Assembly: GCA_965217865.1 (NCBI GenBank)
Contig: CBDCJO010000002.1
Span: 5,504,001-5,568,000, forward strand
Reading direction: 5' to 3'
Source of the DNA: Candidatus Latescibacterota bacterium
Lineage (GTDB): Bacteria; Latescibacterota; UBA2968; SICM01
DNA: 64,000 nt
The position numbers were made by a program, and so were the translations under genes. Below are positions 60,986 to 64,000 of the stretch, piece after piece. The notes beneath the pieces are model-generated. The model was not told the origin of the DNA. It saw only the letters and a program-made list of their open reading frames with translations, and searched no databases. Position 1 is the first letter of the stretch, and the number at the start of each line of letters is the position of its first letter.

Positions 60986-63715
60986 ATGTCCTCCGGCAAC
61001 GGCAAAGACAAAGCGCTTAACATCACCGTCAACGGACGATCCGTCTCGGTTCCCCCGGGCAGTACCGTCCTAAAGGCCGCGAAGAGCGCGGGAATCTATA
61101 TCCCTTCCCTGTGTGCGTCCGATAATCTCTCTCCCTTCGGATCGTGTCGGATGTGTCTTGTTTCGATCGAAGGGGCCCGGGGCTTCCCGGCCTCCTGTAC
61201 CACCCCCGCATCCGATGGCATGGTCGTGACCACCAACACCCCTGAGATCACCCGGCTGAGACGAAACGTGATGGAGCTTTATCTGTCGGATTTCGGAGAG
61301 ACGCCGGACAATCGGACCGATGGGGGCCGTCATCCATTCCTGGACATCGCAGCCGATTTAGGACTCCGGGAGGTCCGTTACAAGGGGGTCAAACACGATC
61401 GCCCAGTGGACGACTCCAACCCATACTTCCGATTCGATCCCAACCTGTGCATATCCTGTGGCCGATGCGTTCGGGCATGCGACGAAATTCAGGGGACCTT
61501 TGCCATACAGCTCCTGGGGCGGGGTTTCGATACGTCGGTGGTCGCCGGTGCGGGCGTCTCTTTCTCGGAGTCGAACTGCGTCTCCTGCGGGGCCTGCGTG
61601 AAGGAGTGTCCGACCGGTTCCCTGGATGAGAAGCGTCTGATTCAGGCGGGACCTCCGGACGACAGCGTCCGCACAACATGTGCATACTGCGGAGTGGGCT
61701 GCCAGTTCGATGCGCAGCTTCACGACGGAAAAGTCGTGGCGATGAAGCCCGTCGAAGACTCCCCGGTTAACTGGGGCCACGCCTGTGTGAAAGGGCGTTT
61801 CGCGTTCGACTACGTGTACTCTCCCGATCGGTTAAAGGCCCCGCTGATCAGGAAAAATGGATCTTTCGTTGAGGCATCCTGGGATGAAGCGATTTCCCTG
61901 ATCGCCTCAAACTTCAAACGCATCATCGCGGAACACGGCCCGGACGCCCTGGGCGGGATCTCCTCCTCGCGCGGCACGAACGAGGAGAACTATCTGATGC
62001 AGAAGTTCTTCCGAGCCGCCCTGGGGACGAATAATATTGACAACTGCGCCCGTGTGTGCCACAGCGCGACCGTTTCTGGGATGATGGAGGTGTTCGGAAT
62101 CGGCGCCGCGACCAACGGGCTGGAGGACATCGATCTGGCGAATCTCCTTATGATCGTCGGGGCCAACCCAACCGAGGGACATCCGGTCACCGGCGCCCGT
62201 ATCAAGCGGGCCGTTCGACGCGGAACCACCCTGATCGTGATTGACCCCAGGAAGATCGAGCTGACCAAATACGCCGCCGTCCACATGCAGCTCAAACCCG
62301 GGACAAATGTCGCCGTCTTGAACGGGATCGCAAACGTAATCCTGGAAGAAGGCCTCTACGATGAACCCTTTATCGGACGCCGGTCCGAAAATTTCGAGGC
62401 CTACCGACGTATGATGGCCACCTATACCCCCGAGCGCGTCCAGGAGATCTCGGGGGTCAATGCAGATCTCATCCGAAAAGCCGCACGTCTTTATGCCAAG
62501 AGCGGGGCCTCCATGTGCTGCCACGGACTCGGGGTCAGCGAGCACAAGTACGGGTCCTACGGTGTGATGGCCATGGCCAATATCGCGCTTCTCACCGGCA
62601 ACGTCGGGAAACCCGGAACGGGGATCAACCCCTTGCGCGGCCAGAACAACGTTCAGGGTTCCTGCGACGTGGGTTCCATGCCCCACGCCCTCACGACCTA
62701 TCAGAAACTCCAGGACCCGGATGTCCGCGCCAAGTTCGAGGCCGTCTACGGCACACCCATCATCGCCACCCCCGGGCTGAAGATCCCGGAGATGTACGAG
62801 GCTATGATCGCGGGGAAGATGAAGTCCCTCTACCTGGTGGGATATGATGTGCTCCACACGGACCCCAACACACACCTCGTCCGTAGTGCCCTCGAAAAAC
62901 TGGATTTCCTGGTGGTCCAGGATCTTTTCATGAACGAGACGGCCAAACTTGCACACGTCGTCCTCCCCGGCGCTTCATTTCTTGAGAAAGACGGCACTTT
63001 CACCAACGGAGAACGCCGGATCCAGCGCATCCGCAAGGCCGTAGCGCCGATCGGCCAGGCCCGGTCCGACTGGGAGATTGTCTGTTCCATCTCCGAGGCC
63101 ATGGGCTACCCGATGAAATACGACCACCCCTCAGAAATCATGGACGAGATCGCCAGTCTCACCCCTTATATGGCCGGGGTCAGCTTCGATCGGCTCGAGG
63201 GAAACGGGATGCAATGGCCGGTCCTGGACAGGAACCACCCCGGGACGCCCGTCATGCACCAGGAGCAGTTCCCCCGGGGGAAAGGGAAGTTCTCACCCGC
63301 CGAGTACCTGCCGCCCGGGGAGGAGCCGGACAGGGAATACCCCTTCTGTCTGGTGACAGGCCGTATCCTCCACCACTATAACAGCGGGACCATGACCCGC
63401 CGCACCCGCCTGATGCACTGGGTGGACGAGGACCTGGTGGAGATTCATCCCGAAGATGCCGTTGAACTCGGCGTGGCCGATGGCGAGAAAGTTCGCATGT
63501 CGAGCCGGCGCGGGGAAATTAGCCTCACGGCGCATCACAGCGATCGTGTCGCCCCGGGGCAGGTCTTCGCAACCTTCCATTTCCCCGAGTTACGCCTGAA
63601 CGAACTTTTGTCCTCCTCGGCCGATGTCCTATCGAAATGCCCGGAATACAAGGTTTCGGCCGTACGGATTGAAAAGATCGCCGCGGCGAAGGACACGCTG
63701 GTTGCCACGGATTGA
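60986..63715 (+). CDS. fdsA: Formate dehydrogenase alpha subunit (Cys-type Mo/W-bisPGD)
   Basis: TCAYCGVGC, NIDNCARVCH, PLRGQNNVQG, PEYK; N-terminal Fe-S domains. Confidence 0.92.
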   Translation: MSSGNGKDKALNITVNGRSVSVPPGSTVLKAAKSAGIYIPSLCASDNLSPFGSCRMCLVSIEGARGFPASCTTPASDGMVVTTNTPEITRLRRNVMELYLSDFGETPDNRTDGGRHPFLDIAADLGLREVRYKGVKHDRPVDDSNPYFRFDPNLCISCGRCVRACDEIQGTFAIQLLGRGFDTSVVAGAGVSFSESNCVSCGACVKECPTGSLDEKRLIQAGPPDDSVRTTCAYCGVGCQFDAQLHDGKVVAMKPVEDSPVNWGHACVKGRFAFDYVYSPDRLKAPLIRKNGSFVEASWDEAISLIASNFKRIIAEHGPDALGGISSSRGTNEENYLMQKFFRAALGTNNIDNCARVCHSATVSGMMEVFGIGAATNGLEDIDLANLLMIVGANPTEGHPVTGARIKRAVRRGTTLIVIDPRKIELTKYAAVHMQLKPGTNVAVLNGIANVILEEGLYDEPFIGRRSENFEAYRRMMATYTPERVQEISGVNADLIRKAARLYAKSGASMCCHGLGVSEHKYGSYGVMAMANIALLTGNVGKPGTGINPLRGQNNVQGSCDVGSMPHALTTYQKLQDPDVRAKFEAVYGTPIIATPGLKIPEMYEAMIAGKMKSLYLVGYDVLHTDPNTHLVRSALEKLDFLVVQDLFMNETAKLAHVVLPGASFLEKDGTFTNGERRIQRIRKAVAPIGQARSDWEIVCSISEAMGYPMKYDHPSEIMDEIASLTPYMAGVSFDRLEGNGMQWPVLDRNHPGTPVMHQEQFPRGKGKFSPAEYLPPGEEPDREYPFCLVTGRILHHYNSGTMTRRTRLMHWVDEDLVEIHPEDAVELGVADGEKVRMSSRRGEISLTAHHSDRVAPGQVFATFHFPELRLNELLSSSADVLSKCPEYKVSAVRIEKIAAAKDTLVATD

Positions 63716-63781
63716 GCCGATTTCGGATTTCAGAACCGGGGTGCGGCAGGTCTTATCTAATCCGAATCGATAGATCCGCAA

Positions 63782-64000
63782 ATGGAATCAGCCCAGAAGC
63801 CTCTTGCGAAAGTCGCCATCACCCCCCACGGTACAACCCGGTTAAAAGGTCAATCTGCAGTCTCTGCCGAGGATCAGCTTGCCGTTGAAGAACCCCTGGA
63901 GATCCGTATAGGGGGAGATCCCGTTGCGGTCATCATGAGGACTCCGGGAGACGACTTTGAGTTGGCCGCGGGTTTCCTGCACACCGAGGGCGTCCTTCAA
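63782..64000 (+). CDS. fdhD: Formate dehydrogenase accessory sulfurtransferase (partial)
   Basis: Manual translation: [33 protein letters not shown], runs off window. Confidence 0.9.
   Translation, partial: MESAQKPLAKVAITPHGTTRLKGQSAVSAEDQLAVEEPLEIRIGGDPVAVIMRTPGDDFELAAGFLHTEGVLQ

Noticed and set aside
60986-63715. Selenocysteine-containing formate dehydrogenase
   Set aside because: The active site reads NCARVCH with Cys and the ORF has no in-frame TGA
1-64000. CRISPR array or cas genes
   Set aside because: No regularly spaced repeat-spacer array or Cas motifs seen

Overview
This is a bacterial chromosomal window of about 55% GC. Paralogous BNR-sialidases, a phytanoyl-CoA dioxygenase, a Gfo/Idh/MocA pair and a C-terminal 'DxDGxVxxxDFxxFAxxFG' motif suggest Candidatus Latescibacterota or a relative (inference only). 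The left part (~2.4-13.85 kb) is a mosaic accessory island ending at tRNA-Arg(CCT). It holds a low-GC DUF2079 gene between two copies of an isomerase gene, sialidases, a ThDP enzyme, gene fragments, an IS5/IS1182-type IS, and two IS91/ISCR-like oriIS ends bracketing a MetE-like gene. The rest is mostly housekeeping: oligopeptidase F, folE, flagellin, ychF, rtcB, prpB/C/D, ABC exporters, uxaC, rimO, rpmB, hemB, prs, hslR, mutY and an NAD-dependent formate dehydrogenase operon. The most notable items are: (1) a complete IS1595-family cargo transposon (26183-29097, 8-bp target duplication) carrying a methyltransferase-HNH fusion, an unannotated poly-proline micropeptide and a Pycsar-effector-like membrane gene; (2) a rubrerythrin-Fur fusion next to a folE gene with a Zur-like box; (3) several unannotated ncRNA candidates with their own promoters and terminators. 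Many genes carry frameshifts, which may be sequencing or assembly errors. All product calls come from motif recognition by eye; no database searches were run.
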